Source: Octopus sinensis
Taxonomy: Eukaryota
NCBI RefSeq assembly: GCF_006345805.1
Contig: NC_043002.1
Coordinates: 112,902,001 to 112,966,000 of the forward strand
Direction: 5' to 3'
Length of the DNA stretch: 64,000 nt
Numbering within the stretch: position 1 is the stretch's first letter; the number at the start of each line of letters is the position of its first letter. This document shows positions 13,969 to 27,385 of the stretch, in pieces. The translations under genes and the position numbers were made by a program. The notes under the pieces were generated by a model. That model was given only the letters and a program-made list of their open reading frames with translations. It ran no database searches and was not told the DNA's origin.

Positions 13969-14730
13969 TTATATATATTTATATATTGACATAGGACTGG
14001 GGATAGGAGTGGGAGCGGAAATAAAACGGAAACAGAGCAGGGAACGGGATAGGATATGAAACAGTGCAATGGGAATAGGAACTGGAAATAAGCCCCGCTT
14101 TTCCGGGTATTACCAGGTAATTCAGCTAGTACTGTATATATCGGAGTAGCGATATGCGATATGTCGGTGCTTCCCGCGTGATATTGGAATTCTGATGCCC
14201 ATAATGGATGAATTTCGTCTGCTACAATCTATGAGTAAGCATTTATTCTCCAAGCACCTATATGATAGGATCACTCAAGGCTAATAACGCAGCATTCTAT
14301 GTTCTAACAAGGCATTCATGTTGAGTTGGATGTAAAGATCACTTTCTGATATATATTTGTAGTGCAGTTTATGGATTCATAGAATCATGTGGCTATCACA
14401 GAAAGTTCCTATGGTGGACTCGGCTAACAAACCACATACTAGTACAATACAGAGGAGTATAATGTAGAGTTCCATGCAGTTGAAATCCAAGAGATTCGAT
14501 AGATGAGATTCTTTCTTAATCAGCACGTAAATCATAAATTGTCAGGAGGCATGAGAGGTGAATATATTTATTTAACCACCTGTCATCCTTAGTATTACGG
14601 CCATTTTGCAACCTTTCACATGTCCGCATTATATAACTTTAAAATTACAAATCAACTGACATAAAAATAAAGCTACCACATCTGGTTCACCAGGACATCG
14701 TGATTACACCAATGCTCCAACTCTAAGCAT

Positions 14731-14738
14731 ATGTATAT

Positions 14739-14785
<47 letters not shown>

Positions 14786-14814
14786 ATATATATAATATAT
14801 ATATATATATATAC

Positions 14815-14851
<37 letters not shown>

Positions 14852-14943
14852 TGTGTGTATACATATATATATATATATATACACACATACATATGCATGG
14901 ATGTATACACATACACACACACACACATACATATATATATATA

Positions 14944-14981
<38 letters not shown>

Positions 14982-14985
14982 TGAG
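14731..14985. repeat. Compound (TA)/(GA)/(GACA)/(CA) microsatellite
   Basis: Direct reading. Confidence 0.95.
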
Positions 14986-15189
14986 ATAATGATGCAAATA
15001 AACAATTAAAACTATTTTGATTAGATACACAAAATATGTATACAAGTATACATGTAAATAGAGGGAGAGCCAAGATCGAAAATTTTTAGACGATGAATAT
15101 TCAAGTATAAATATAGAGATATGTATTAACAGACCAAAATTACACAGAGCACAAAGATACAGAAATCAAAGGAGAGAAGATATGGTGTT

Positions 15190-15600
15190 ACAAGTCCGAC
15201 AGCTGTTTCTAGAGGGTTGGAGTTACGTCATAACTCGATATACCAAAGTTCGTTGTCAGTCCCTCTCAGATCTTCCATATGTATATCACCACATATTTCT
15301 CCCGTCTTTGCTCCAGAGGTGAGGTGGGGGGAATCGTAATTCTTTTAATCTTTCCTAGTCCCTCAACTGTTTCATTGGGCCAATTTTCTTGGTGTAGCAT
15401 CGCTGAACTGCTTCGAGATTCGTCATTAAATTGAAACGGTGGGATGATCATACTTGAGAACAGTAGTCCTGTTGCATGAACAAAAATGTCTTCCATAAGA
15501 CCATCATATTTTTCTGGTCCCTTGTTTTGAAAGCTCACAGAATCCATTCGGCAATTCGATCGCACGTTGCCGCCATCTTGATGATATCTACATGAAATGA
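15190..15600 (-). mobile_element. CR1-type LINE ORF2 relic (region after the RT core)
   Basis: EWIL*AFKTRDQKNMMVLWKTF..DYCSQV*..NLEAVQRCYTKKI..ERLKEL, then frameshift to LEQRREKYVVIYIWKI*EG..NFGISSY. Confidence 0.8.
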
Positions 15601-16785
15601 AGTATTGTTGCTTATATCAATCCTCAGGTTTCGCAATGAGTTTGACTCTAGGATCGCTTCTATTGCTTGGTTCAAAATATGTTTGTTGTGGCGTATTAAC
15701 ATACTTATATAGAGTGAGTGAGTGAGTGATGGAGTGAGTGGATGATTGAATGCATATTTGTGTGAGTGTTATTGATTGGCTCACCGTAGAATGTGAAGTA
15801 ATTCATCGTAAAACGATGGACTCATTAAAATCCAATGAGACCTATTAATAAACATATGTAAATCGTTTCTTCCTATTGAACACTAAACAGTGACAGAGAA
15901 CAACAAAATGTTTCCGAAAAAAAAAATAGTTACAGTGACCAATAACTTGTTCCCCAATAACAAATAACAACATAGAACAACAAAATGCATCCCCAGAACA
16001 AGTACTGAGACAGAACTGCATATGTCCAAATCGCCATTAAGAGAAGTTCATTTAAAAACAAAAACAAAAAGACGAAAAACAGTAACAATGATAAATCGAA
16101 AAGTCAGACTAGAGAGATTATTTCCACCGGAAAAATAAATATTACAAAAACGATACGTTGTACCGACCATCACCTCCATAAATATTGATTTCTAATGAAG
16201 AAGATTAGAATGTGGATTATTAATTAAAACAAAACAAGATAGATATCTAATGAAAAAAATATGAAAATATTTTGTGCGTCATTCTAAGCCAATAATTTAA
16301 TCATTTCCGGTTGTCCATAAAATGTGAAACGAAATTATGATATTGGAACAGGTTTGTATTTCATATAGGAAAACATGAAAGTTTTTCTTTGTTTTTATTT
16401 TTGCTTTTGTTGTTTGTTTTCCTAGGCGTCGGCACTATTAAGTTATAAACACATACAATGCATTATGCAAACAAACAGGCACACATATACACGCATGCAC
16501 ACTTGTAAAATATTACATTAATATACGCAGAGATAATTAGAATAGATAACCAAAGATATAGATATTACAAGCAGATAGCTCCTCGTTTCTTGTGTTAGCT
16601 TTAACAATGTAATTAGTGAACGTATACAACCAGTCAAATATATTTATGCTTTCTATTCTGTTACCGGTCACAGTCATTGGTCTGTAACATCCAAGGTCAC
16701 AGCCTTGTTATATGTATATCAAAATATATATAAATAACAGATGGCTAGCTTGCTATTTTGTTTGGATAGATAGATATTTTTTTAA

Positions 16786-16787
<2 letters not shown>

Positions 16788-16836
<49 letters not shown>

Positions 16837-16992
16837 CAGAAAAAATATTTTGTGGAAAGTATGTATATCTCGTGAGCCGATGGATCTTTCTGATCAATCT
16901 AATGGCCACTGAAAAGACTATATATATATATATACACGCACCCAGACGCACACATAAACACACAAACATGCAAAAATACACACACACACACA

Positions 16993-17048
<56 letters not shown>
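16788..17048. repeat. (TG)n and (TC)n microsatellites
   Basis: Direct reading. Confidence 0.9.
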
Positions 17049-17289
17049 GGACAATAATAAAAAGAAAATAAAGCGCTAATCATCTTCTACAGACACGCAT
17101 GTGTCTCTTGAGGCCTGCTGGTTCTTTGAAAACCTTTTTGAAAATGGAACAAGCTAGGGACTCAGTTTCCTCGAGTGCTTCTGAATTATTTACTAGGTGT
17201 TTTCTTTAGTGGTCGTCAAGATCTGCTTCACTCCGTGCCACAAAACCACAATGACAGTGAGGGTTTTCATTTAGAAGAGCGGAATGGCA

Positions 17290-17300
17290 TGTATGTATAC

Positions 17301-17347
<47 letters not shown>

Positions 17348-17352
17348 GAGAG

Positions 17353-17404
<52 letters not shown>

Positions 17405-17453
17405 GGATGGATGGATGGATGGATGGATGGACGGACGGACGGACGGACGGACG

Positions 17454-17534
<81 letters not shown>

Positions 17535-17562
17535 GTAGGTAGGTAGACAGACAGACAGATAC

Positions 17563-17629
<67 letters not shown>

Positions 17630-17705
17630 CGTATGTATGTATGTATGTATGTATGTATGTATGTACGTACGTACGTACGTATGGATGGATGGATGGATGG
17701 ATGGA
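17290..17705. repeat. Compound tetranucleotide array (GATA/GATG/GACG/GACA/GGTA/GTAT)
   Basis: Direct reading. Confidence 0.97.
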
Positions 17706-18289
17706 TATGTGGTGAGTAATATAAAAATGTATTGTACAAGTTTTATCAAATCAAATAATAAGAAAAGAATTAAACCTCATTTTTGTTGATTGGTTAATTA
17801 AGATTTAATTTCAGGGTGAAGTTGCTCTAAGAAGAAAGACTGCTGCACCTGAAAAGTGGGATAGCATAAGGTTGACGAAAAAGGATATGAGTCAGGTTTG
17901 GTGGCGTATACAGCTACATATTTCAATGTAGCACATGCGGTTGTAGTGACCAGGAGATGAGAGAATACGCCAGATTGTCAGAACATAACTCTTTCTATTA
18001 CCATTGGCTCAGGTGTGAGAGAGAAATAATGAGACGGAGAAAAGACAGACAGTCAGACAGGCAGGAAGAGACTGAAATCGTGCCCGAAATCGAAAGAACG
18101 AACCTAAGCGCGCGGTATCGCCCACGTACGCGTGGACGTAGCCGCGACCGATGTCGCGAGATGCACGCGCTCGATACGGCGATGTGATCCGTCCCGTAAA
18201 TCGTCCTTAATATGGTCAAAGCTGGACTACACAGCTTAATATATCCTTCTCTCTTGACGGCAATAGCTATGATTTGAGAGAGATTCAAA

Positions 18290-18510
18290 GCTATTTATAT
18301 CATTTGAGAGAATTTGGAAGCGAGAGATAAGTAGTTTGCAAGATCAGAGAGATTTCTCTTTTTGGTAATGGGACACACTGAAGTACATTTCAATGCAGAG
18401 ATAAAATTGAAGACGTTGGCGAAGATATTGGTTAATTGCACAGTTAACCTTATTAGCACGTTACTGCTAATTGCATTGTTAAATGTGATACCATCGGAAC
18501 CAGTCAAATT
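18290..18510 (-). mobile_element. LINE reverse-transcriptase N-terminal relic
   Basis: GSDGI...CTSVCPITKKRNLSDLANY resembles the GPDGI...PIPKK..SD..NYRPI region of non-LTR ORF2. Confidence 0.6.
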
Positions 18511-19649
18511 GATGAATTGAACAGAAAAGAAGTAGAGAGTTATTTATGGGAAAAGAAAAACTGAGCTAAATCTAAAAAAAGGATTTGAGATGGTTTTAGT
18601 CTTTTTATTCATAGAAATAACTGTCTGGCAAATTGGTGTTTGCAACACTTGAATCAAGTAACATTTCTCTATATTGGTTACTCAATCATAATATTTAGGA
18701 AGATTCGTGCGTGTCACAATATAGTTTGTACATTGTCATCACTGTCTATGTTTCTAGTTTACAGACCAGAAATTACTAGCTGTATATCAACTTTTCAATA
18801 AATGAACACAGGTGGGCCTCCGATTTATCTGTTAAAACCAGTAAGTATTCTTTTTGTATGTGAGATTATAGTTATAGTTGTCGTTGCAATTTCATAATGA
18901 AGTTCAGTAATGATCACATCCAGTATGATATTATGCCCGAAAACAGTAATTCACGTTACAGATGTGAGATCCACAAATGACTGACGTGATGCAAAAATAA
19001 CAATTTACTTAAGCGTAACAGAATTAAACCAATCCTTTTGATACCTGCTCAACACATCACTGTGTCTTCGGTGCTTTTGTAGAAGGTACAGATACTTTCA
19101 GAGTGCGAAATGTCTCCTGACATTGAACCCGAAGAAACTGAAAGTAAACCACATGCTTGCGAATTTTGCTTGGTGAATTGATTGGTTTTGGTTACACTAA
19201 ATCTAACCTCCTTTGTTTCTCCCACTCCGCACATATCCAGTATTAATCAACAAGATTATCAATTATAGTGTCAAATTATAAAAATGCAAACTCTAAATAA
19301 AGTATTATCTCATATACATTACATAAAGCACATTACGAACGCCAAAACTGAGTTTTCGTATCTTTTCTGCAACGATGACGATTACTTGATTAAAAATGCA
19401 GGACATGGGACTGAATATTTACGTTAAATTCTACCGGAATTCCACGAATGCTGATACATATAACAAGACAACATAAGTGGAGTAGACGAAATCCTAACTG
19501 GTACTTATTTTATTGACTTTGAAAAGATAGAAGGCAACATGAATCTAGGTGGGATTTGAACTCAGAACGTAGCTAAATAACGCTTGATGCTTTAAGTGAG
19601 TTTGCGGCCACAAATTTTTGGTGGGATTTGTCAGTTAAATCGGCGCAGT

Positions 19650-20032
19650 GGAAGCACTCCGTCGGTTGCAACGACGAGGGTTCCGGTTGATCCGAATCAA
19701 CGGAACAGCCTGCTCGTGAAATTAACGTGTAAGTGGCTGAGTACTCCATAGACACGTGCACCCTTAACGTGGTTCTCGGGGATATTCAGCGTGACACAGA
19801 GAGTGACAAGGCCGGCCCCTTGAAATAGAGGTACAACAGAAACAGGAAGTAAGAGTGAGAGAAAGTTGTGGTGAAAGAGTACAGCAGGGATCACCACCAT
19901 CCCTGCCGGAGCCTCGTGGAGCTTTAGGTGTTTTCGCTCAATAAACACTCACAACGCCCGGTCTGGGAATCGAAACCACGATCCTATGACCGCGAGTCCG
20001 CTGCCCTAACCACTGGGCCATTGCGCCTCCAC
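19650..20032 (-). mobile_element. SINE family C
   Basis: 13-bp TSD AAATCGGCGCAGT at 19637-19649 and 20033-20045. Confidence 0.95.
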
Positions 20033-20422
20033 AAATCGGCGCAGTACTTCACTAGTGTTAATGAGATCGACAGCTTGAAAGGCTGGAAGGCAATGTCACT
20101 TCAAGGAAGGACACGAAATCAGAAAGTAAAGAGACGCAACTAGTCACCGTGTGACATTCAATCCATCAATCTATCATTTCGGCCTATACACAACCCTCTA
20201 GATTCAAATAAATATCGATTTCTGGCATAAGCATAGGGCCATATATTGATGCTTGACTGATTCATTATTTTATTGACCTGGAGAGGATGAAAAGCAAAAG
20301 TTGAAAGATCTATGGCTATATATCCTTTCTTGTAGAACTTCATCAGCAGCATTATCAATATCTTAATGTCCATTTGTCCAGGCTGACATGAATTGAATAG
20401 ATTTGTTTTATAGCATATTACC

Positions 20423-20654
20423 TATTTCTTTATTACCCACAAGGGGCTAAACACAGAGGGGACAAACAAGGACAGACATAGGTATTAAGTCGATTACATC
20501 AACCCCAGTGCGTAACTGGTACTTAATTTATCGACCCCGAAAGGATGAAAGGTAAAGTCGACCTCGGCGGAATTTGAACTCACAACGTAACGCAGACGAA
20601 ATACCGCTAAGCATTTCGCCCGGCGTGCTAACGTTTCTGCCAGCTCGCCGCCTT
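20423..20654 (-). mobile_element. SINE family B
   Basis: 14-bp TSD TATAGCATATTACC at 20409-20422 and 20678-20691. Confidence 0.93.
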
Positions 20655-21137
20655 AATATATATATATATATAATATGTATAGCATATTACCACAAGGTTT
20701 TGGCCATCCCTTCCATATGACCATCATCCTAAATACACCTCCGTTTTTCCCTTTATCTTCCTCTTGGATGAGCAGCCTTCACTATTATCGTACAATAGCT
20801 TTTTACCCAGACGCTGTTCATTGGCGTCACTGCATGATTAACGGAGCGGATTAACTAACACAGAATATCATAAACTGATGCTTTCAACACATCTTAACAA
20901 TCCCTTCCTCGTTTTTAACTCTTTGGAGGCTAATATACTTGATGTACTAAACCTCTATACCGCTGTTAATTCCAATGGTATCAGTCTGTATTATTCGATC
21001 CCTACTCCTCATTCACAAACCCTGAATCTTTATTTTACTAACTGATCCTTCTGTTCTAACTACTGGAATCTTGTCACGGACGAAAGTAGTTTACCTTTTT
21101 TTAAGGGTCTTAAGTATCAAATCTTAAGTATCAAGCT

Positions 21138-21557
21138 TGAGCCGCAGGAGTGGCTGTGTGGTAAGTAGCTTGCTAAACAACCACATGGTTCCGGGTTCAG
21201 TCCCACTGCGTGGCATCTTGGGCACGTGTCTTCTGCTATAGCCCCGGGCCGACCAAAGCCTTGTGAGTGGATTTGGCAGACGGAAACTGAAAGAAGCCTG
21301 TCGTATATATGTATATATATATATGTATGTGTGTGTTTGTGTGTCTGTGTTTGTCCCCCTAGCATTGCTTGACAACCGATGCTGGTGTGTTTACGTCCCC
21401 GTCACTTAGCGGTTCGGCAAAAGAGACTGACAGAATAAGTACTGAGCTTACAAAGAATAAGTCCCGGGGTCGATTTGCTCGATTAAAGGCGGTGCTCCAG
21501 CATGGCCGCAGTCAAATGACTGAAACAAGAAAAAGAGTAAAAAGAGAGTAAAAGAGT
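21138..21557 (+). mobile_element. SINE family A
   Basis: Full-length match. Confidence 0.92.
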
Positions 21558-21731
21558 ATTATTTCCACATTGAAGGACAAGCGCACGAAATGTCAAGACT
21601 GTTTTAAGTTAATAGAACATTGTTAAAACTTCTCTCGTGTTGTCTTCCTTTTTTCATATTCATTACACACACACTCACACACGCAAAAAAAACACGCACA
21701 TACAGACATATAGATAGATATAGGGAGAGAG

Positions 21732-22121
21732 TGGAGGCACAATGGCCCAGTGGGTAGTGCAGCGGACTCGCGGTCGTAGGATCGCGGTTTCGATTCCCAG
21801 ACCGGGCGTTGTGTGTTTATTGAGCGAAAACACCTAAAGCTTCACGAGGCTCCGGCAGGGGATGGTGGTGATCCCTGCTGTACTCTTTCACCACAACTTT
21901 CTCTCACTCTTACTTCCTGTTTCTCTTGTACCTGTATTTCAAAGGGCCGGCCTTGTCACTCTCTGTGTCACGCTGAATATCCCCGAGAACTGCGTTAAGG
22001 GTACACGTGTCTGTGGAGTGCTCAGCCACTTACACGTTAATTTCACGAGCAGGCTGTTCCGTTGATTCGGATCAACCGGAACCCTCATCGTCGTAACCGA
22101 CGGAGTGCTTCCCCCCCGCCC
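21732..22121 (+). mobile_element. SINE family C
   Basis: A/B-box-like head; TSD TATAGGGAGAGAG at 21719-21731 and 22122-22134. Confidence 0.93.
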
Positions 22122-22291
22122 TATAGGGAGAGAGAGAGATCCGTGTTTAGATGTTAAATCTTATCTAAAACCTCGCACTTATTGTTACTTTTGTTGTTGC
22201 TGTTGATAATGGTGCTGATGATGACGTTATTGCTGTTGCTGTATATAGGTTTAGCAGCCCGATGGCATTCGAATTTAGATAATTTCGAAAA

Positions 22292-22686
22292 TCTTTATAT
22301 ATAAAAGTGAGGTTGTGTGCTGTCTGTCTCCTACGATTTAGATTCCTAACTACTCCCACATTTTGCGGTGCAGTTTAACCAAAACCGGGTATCTTATAGT
22401 AGATATTCATATCGAGCCCTTCTGGGTATTAGCGAGCGTCTACGATGAGTCTACGATTTAAAAAAAAAATTACCATCAATTTTTCCCATTTTTAATGCAT
22501 TTTGGGCATATATAAGGGAAGTAACTCTCTAAAAATTTATTATTAAATCTCAGAACGTAAAAAGCTACAGTAACACCCCCCTTTGTGGTTAGCCATATTG
22601 AGATGGCTATTATACTTTACATCTCTAAAAATGCTTATATAGTTATTTCCCATACAAACCCGAGCAACGCCGGGCGATACTGCTAG
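22292..22686 (+). mobile_element. Non-autonomous Helitron (family D, subtype 1)
   Basis: 5' A|TC.TATATATAAAA; 3' hairpin CCCGAGCAACGCCGGG then CTAG|T; no TSD. Confidence 0.9.
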
Positions 22687-22862
22687 TTTAAAATAAAAAG
22701 AAAATGCCTACCACCTTCTGGAGCTCTGAAGTCCTGTCTCTTGCTTCTGTGGCATAGACACTCTTGCATAGACATTGTTCACTAGAGGTTTTGAAGTTCA
22801 GGACTGTACGCTCTAATTCATGCAGCTTTTCGACAGCTTACACCTATGAATCTCACTCCATA

Positions 22863-23257
22863 TCTATATATATAAAAGTGAAGTTGTGTGAGTGTCTTTC
22901 TCCTACGATTTAGATTCCTAACTACTCCCACATTTTGCGGTGCAGTTTAACCAAAACCGGGTATCTTATAGTCGTGATTCATATCGAGCCCTTCTGGGTA
23001 TTAGCGCGCGTCTACGATGAATCTACGATTTTAAAAATAATTTACCATAATTTTATTCCATTTTAAAGCATATTTTTTAAATAAAGGGAAGTAACTCTCT
23101 AAAAATGTCTACGATGAGTCAACGATTTAAAAAAATTTACCATCATTTTTTTCCATTTTTAATGCATTTTTTTGCTATTTTTTGGCTATAACTCTCTAAA
23201 AATGCTTATATAGTTATTTCCCTTACAAACCCGAGCAACGCCGGGCGATACTGCTAA
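22863..23257 (+). mobile_element. Non-autonomous Helitron (family D, subtype 2 with internal duplication)
   Basis: Same termini (3' end mutated to CTAA); interior matches the copy at 33733-34129. Confidence 0.88.
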
Positions 23258-24011
23258 TTTAAAATAAAAAGAAAATGCCTACCACCTTCTGGAGCTCTGA
23301 AGTCCTGTCTCTTGCTTCTGTGGCATAGACACTCTTGCATTTTGAAGTTCAGGACTGTACGCTCTAATTCATGCAGCTTTTCGACAGCTTACACCTATGA
23401 ATCTCACTCCATATAATAATATATGTTAATTCAAAGAAACAGATGTTATTATTGAAATTTTATTTTCGCACCATTTCTGATAATAGCTAACGCTATAAAA
23501 GCAGGAGTAAGTACGCAGACTCTCGTTGTATTAATCTAAAGATCACAGGGTAATCGTATAAAAACAAGACAACCAAGTGAACGCGATACCCAAATAATGC
23601 CTCGTTTGAATCCAACAATATTATTATACTACCTGAGATAAAATAATATTACTTTTATGTGAATTGTTCTTGTTATTGTGTAGCAATATTTTTTTTTTCT
23701 TCGCGTTCTGTACTAAATTTGTTTTTTAGCTTATAAAGCAAAGATCATTGTTTTCTATCGTCTGCTTAGTTACAGTCTAGTAACCTAGCGTCTTTAATGG
23801 TGCTGGGGCGATACGTAAGTCGTATCAACACATTAACACATTAATATATCTCTTTGTTTTATTTGTTTCCGTTTCTAAAAATAAAATATAACTATCCGTC
23901 TGTTACTCTTCCGCATACATATATATGCACATATGTATGTGTATCTTTGAATGCATACACATAAACACACACACACATATTCACCAATCACACGCATAAC
24001 GTACACGCATA

Positions 24012-24147
<136 letters not shown>

Positions 24148-24710
24148 CATATATATATATACATATTGATGTTCTCTGAAAATGATTAAAAACAACAAAT
24201 AATATTCAATATGGATATAGAGGTAAATATTTTATGAGATAGAAATACAGAGTGAATTTGACTTCGAAGACTCCCCGTTAACGGCTCGTCAAACAATCTG
24301 ATAAACCGTTATCTCAAATCTTTCTGCGTACACACACACACGCACACATACACACACACACCAGATCTACAACACAACAGTAACATAACAAAAGAACAAA
24401 CGGAAGATTCACACGAGACGGGATCTTGCTAATTTTCGTCAGTTATCACCCAAAAGATCCTTACAATTTCACGCCTTTAACGATAATATTGTTCACTTTT
24501 GGTGCAGCCAGCAGCAGAATGGTGCTGGGTATAGCGAACAAACGTTGGGGACAGTGACGCAAGTAGTGACAGTCACAAAACCCGAAGGAACACTAATAAT
24601 AAGAAAATTGCAAGTACAAGCTGTTTATATTTTATTTTAATTTATTTTGATTATTTCATTTGGAAGAGAGGCCTGCTACTCAGTCGATGGGATCAACGTG
24701 ATTACCTTTA

Positions 24711-24920
24711 TCAACCTTTTAGCATTTGAATTACTCTGTCAAATGTAATGCTTATTTATTCACATTCTTTTGAAAGAATTATGCAGTATTCCAATGATGT
24801 GATTATGTCTTTATTGAATGACATTGTAAATTAGGTGTGAGAGGTTGGATCTGGTTTATTTGAACATAAAACAAGTTGAATATTTGGGCCTGATTTGACC
24901 GATTTAAATGCTAAGGGATT
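24711..24920. mobile_element. Degenerate MITE, same family as 40871-41382 (TTAA-CCCTTTAG type termini)
   Basis: Colinear similarity to the host of the 40928-41202 insert; imperfect TIRs. Confidence 0.6.
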
Positions 24921-25290
24921 TGCAAGTCGATGGCAACAGAGAAAAGAAAGCATGTTTGGGAAAGGAATTGCTCAGGGCTTATGTTGTGAATGGAGGTGAG
25001 GTAGAATTGTGTATAATTGTTAGTGGAGAGGCCATGCTTACATTATAAAGCCAGAAACAAAAATGGCACGATCAGGCTCAAACTTCGATCACAGGACCAC
25101 AATAGTAACAACTATAAGCACTCATGCACAGAAGGCAGTGTGACAATAATAAAGATATGTTATGGCGAAGTTGCGGATCATTTTTGACTCCCCCTCGTAT
25201 GAGTGTATGTGTGTGTATGTATGTACGTATATATCTATATATAATTATGCCTGTACCTCTGTACCTTCTAGAAATTAAACTTTTGATATA

Positions 25291-25684
25291 TCTTTATATA
25301 TAAAAGTGAGGTTGTGTGCTGTCTGTCTCCTACGATTTAGATTCCTAACTACTCCCACATTTTGCGGTGCAGTTTAACCAAAACTGGGTATCTTATAGTT
25401 GTGATTCATATCGAGCCCTTCTGGGTATTAGCGCGCGTCTACGATGAGTCTACGATTAAAAAAAAATTATCATCAATTTTTCCCATTTTTAATGCATTTT
25501 TGGCATATATAAGGGAAGTAACTCTCTAAAAATTTATTATTAAATCTCAGAACGTAAAAAGCTACAGTAACCCCCCCCCTTTGTGGTTAGCCATATTGAG
25601 ATGGCTATTATACTTTACATCTCTAATAATGCTTATATAGTTATTTCCCTTACAAACCCGAGCAACGCCGGGCGATACTGCTAG
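25291..25684 (+). mobile_element. Non-autonomous Helitron (family D, subtype 1)
   Basis: TC..CTAG termini; paralogous empty site near 26470 shows A|T insertion without TSD. Confidence 0.93.
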
Positions 25685-25779
25685 TTTTATATATTTTCAC
25701 ACTCTGTATTACTGCGTCTCTCCACCATGTCCTTCGTTAACAATTATAAATTAAAATAAAATATAAACAGCTTGTACTT

Positions 25780-26155
25780 GCAATTTTCTCCAAAGAAGAA
25801 CAAAGAGCAGTGATCCGTGACATAGTAATGGTGAACCGGTTCACCATTACCATCTCTCGAGCTTGCTGAATCTTCTCGTCAGAGGTTGACGGGCATACTG
25901 CTCCCTCTTCGGGCGTCACGTTTCTCCGGCTACTTTTAAACATCTTGATCCACTCATACACACTTCTACCTGGTTATGCCCTATCCAAGTATTATGTTAA
26001 AAGCCTCCGATGAATTTCAGCACCTGATACACTTTCCAACCAGAGAAATAGAATCACCGCCGCTCTTTGTGCTTCTTTGGTACGCATTGCGAGTGGAGCG
26101 GCCATGCTTACACTGTAAATCCAGAAAGAAACATGGCGCGATAAGGTTCACATTT
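25780..26155 (-). mobile_element. Mariner 5' relic (HTH region)
   Basis: AVILFLWLESVSGAEIHRRL...SVYEWIKMFKSSRRNVT...PSTSDEKIQQAREMVM. Confidence 0.75.
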
Positions 26156-26235
26156 CAGTCACGTGACCACAATAGTAACAACTATAAGCACGCATGCGCA
26201 CACGGCAGTGTGACAATAATAAAGATATGTTATGG

Positions 26236-26386
26236 CAAAAGATGTGTGTGTATGTATGTATGCATGTGTGTGTATATATGTATGTATGTGTGTATGTATG
26301 TATGTATGCATGTATGTATGTATGTATGTGTGTGTGTGTATATGTATGTATGTGTGTATGTGTGTATGTATGTATGTATGTATGTG

Positions 26387-26418
<32 letters not shown>

Positions 26419-26502
26419 TGTATAGTTATACCTGTACTTCTGTACCTTCTAGAGATTAAACATTTGATATATTTTATATTTTTTCACACTTTTTAATACT
26501 GT

Positions 26503-26556
<54 letters not shown>
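26236..26556. repeat. (TATG)n and (TG)n microsatellites
   Basis: Direct reading. Confidence 0.93.
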
Positions 26557-26559
<3 letters not shown>

Positions 26560-27244
26560 TGTGTAGAAGGTAGAAATGTAACACACAAGCTGATATGTAT
26601 GAAGGAAATGAGACAAGGTAGAAAATGCTAAAATAATTTTATCATGAAGTACATTTTAGCACCGGTTTCCACCTTTTAGACTTTTTCAACTAAAAGTAAA
26701 ATAAGAAAAAACTTAAATTGGAAAGAAAAAATAAGTGAAATGTTTTGTAAATATTTCCATAGTCTTCAAATAGGTAATTATTTCCCTAGTCTTCAGATAG
26801 TCTGTCTGTTTCTCTCTCTCTAAAAGCAGTCCACGCCAGAGGATGACCGTACATATATCCCAGATTAAAATGCGAGAATACAAAAAAAAATAGGATTAAG
26901 TGAGCACATCGACATTTGCGCTACTAATGAACAACTCAACTTTAGAACTTTTCCCCCCTTTATAAATTTAGGGATAATGCAACCTGTAATCAGCGCATTA
27001 ACAAAAATTCGTATTTTATCGCAAAATATAAACCACAGATGACACTATTACAGGGATCTATGAATAATACCCACGGAAATATTAAAAACGATAGATATAT
27101 TAAGAACAGTCACTACCCACAAATTTATTTAGAAGTTCCTACTACTACTTCTGTTACAACCACAAAAGGGCTCTGTGAGGTCATTTGACCATTAAAGTAG
27201 AATCTACGGACAGCCTCTACTACTGGATAATACCACTCCAGTCT

Positions 27245-27385
27245 CTTTCTTCTTCTTCTTCTTCTTCTTCTTCTTCTTCTTCTTCTTCTCCTCCTCCTCC
27301 TCCTCCTCCTCCTCCTCCTTCTTCTTCTTCATTTTCTTCTTTCCCGCCTTCTTCTTTACCTTCTTCCTCGACTGCTGCTGCTTAA
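27245..27385. repeat. (TCT)n/(CCT)n trinucleotide repeat
   Basis: Direct reading. Confidence 0.93.

Noticed and set aside
14005-14095. GGAACG/GGAATA-like hexamer run
   Set aside because: Degenerate low-complexity tract with no coding or structural support.
15266-15565. 99-aa ORF and an AAGATGGCGGC start-like motif
   Set aside because: Explained as off-frame reading of a CR1 ORF2 relic.
21732-21810. tRNA-like heads of SINEs as tRNA genes
   Set aside because: They continue into SINE bodies with TSDs and lack complete cloverleaves.
22660-22686. Similarity of the Helitron 3' end (CGCCGGGCGA) to the SINE B head
   Set aside because: A 10-bp core match with no wider homology; probably coincidental.
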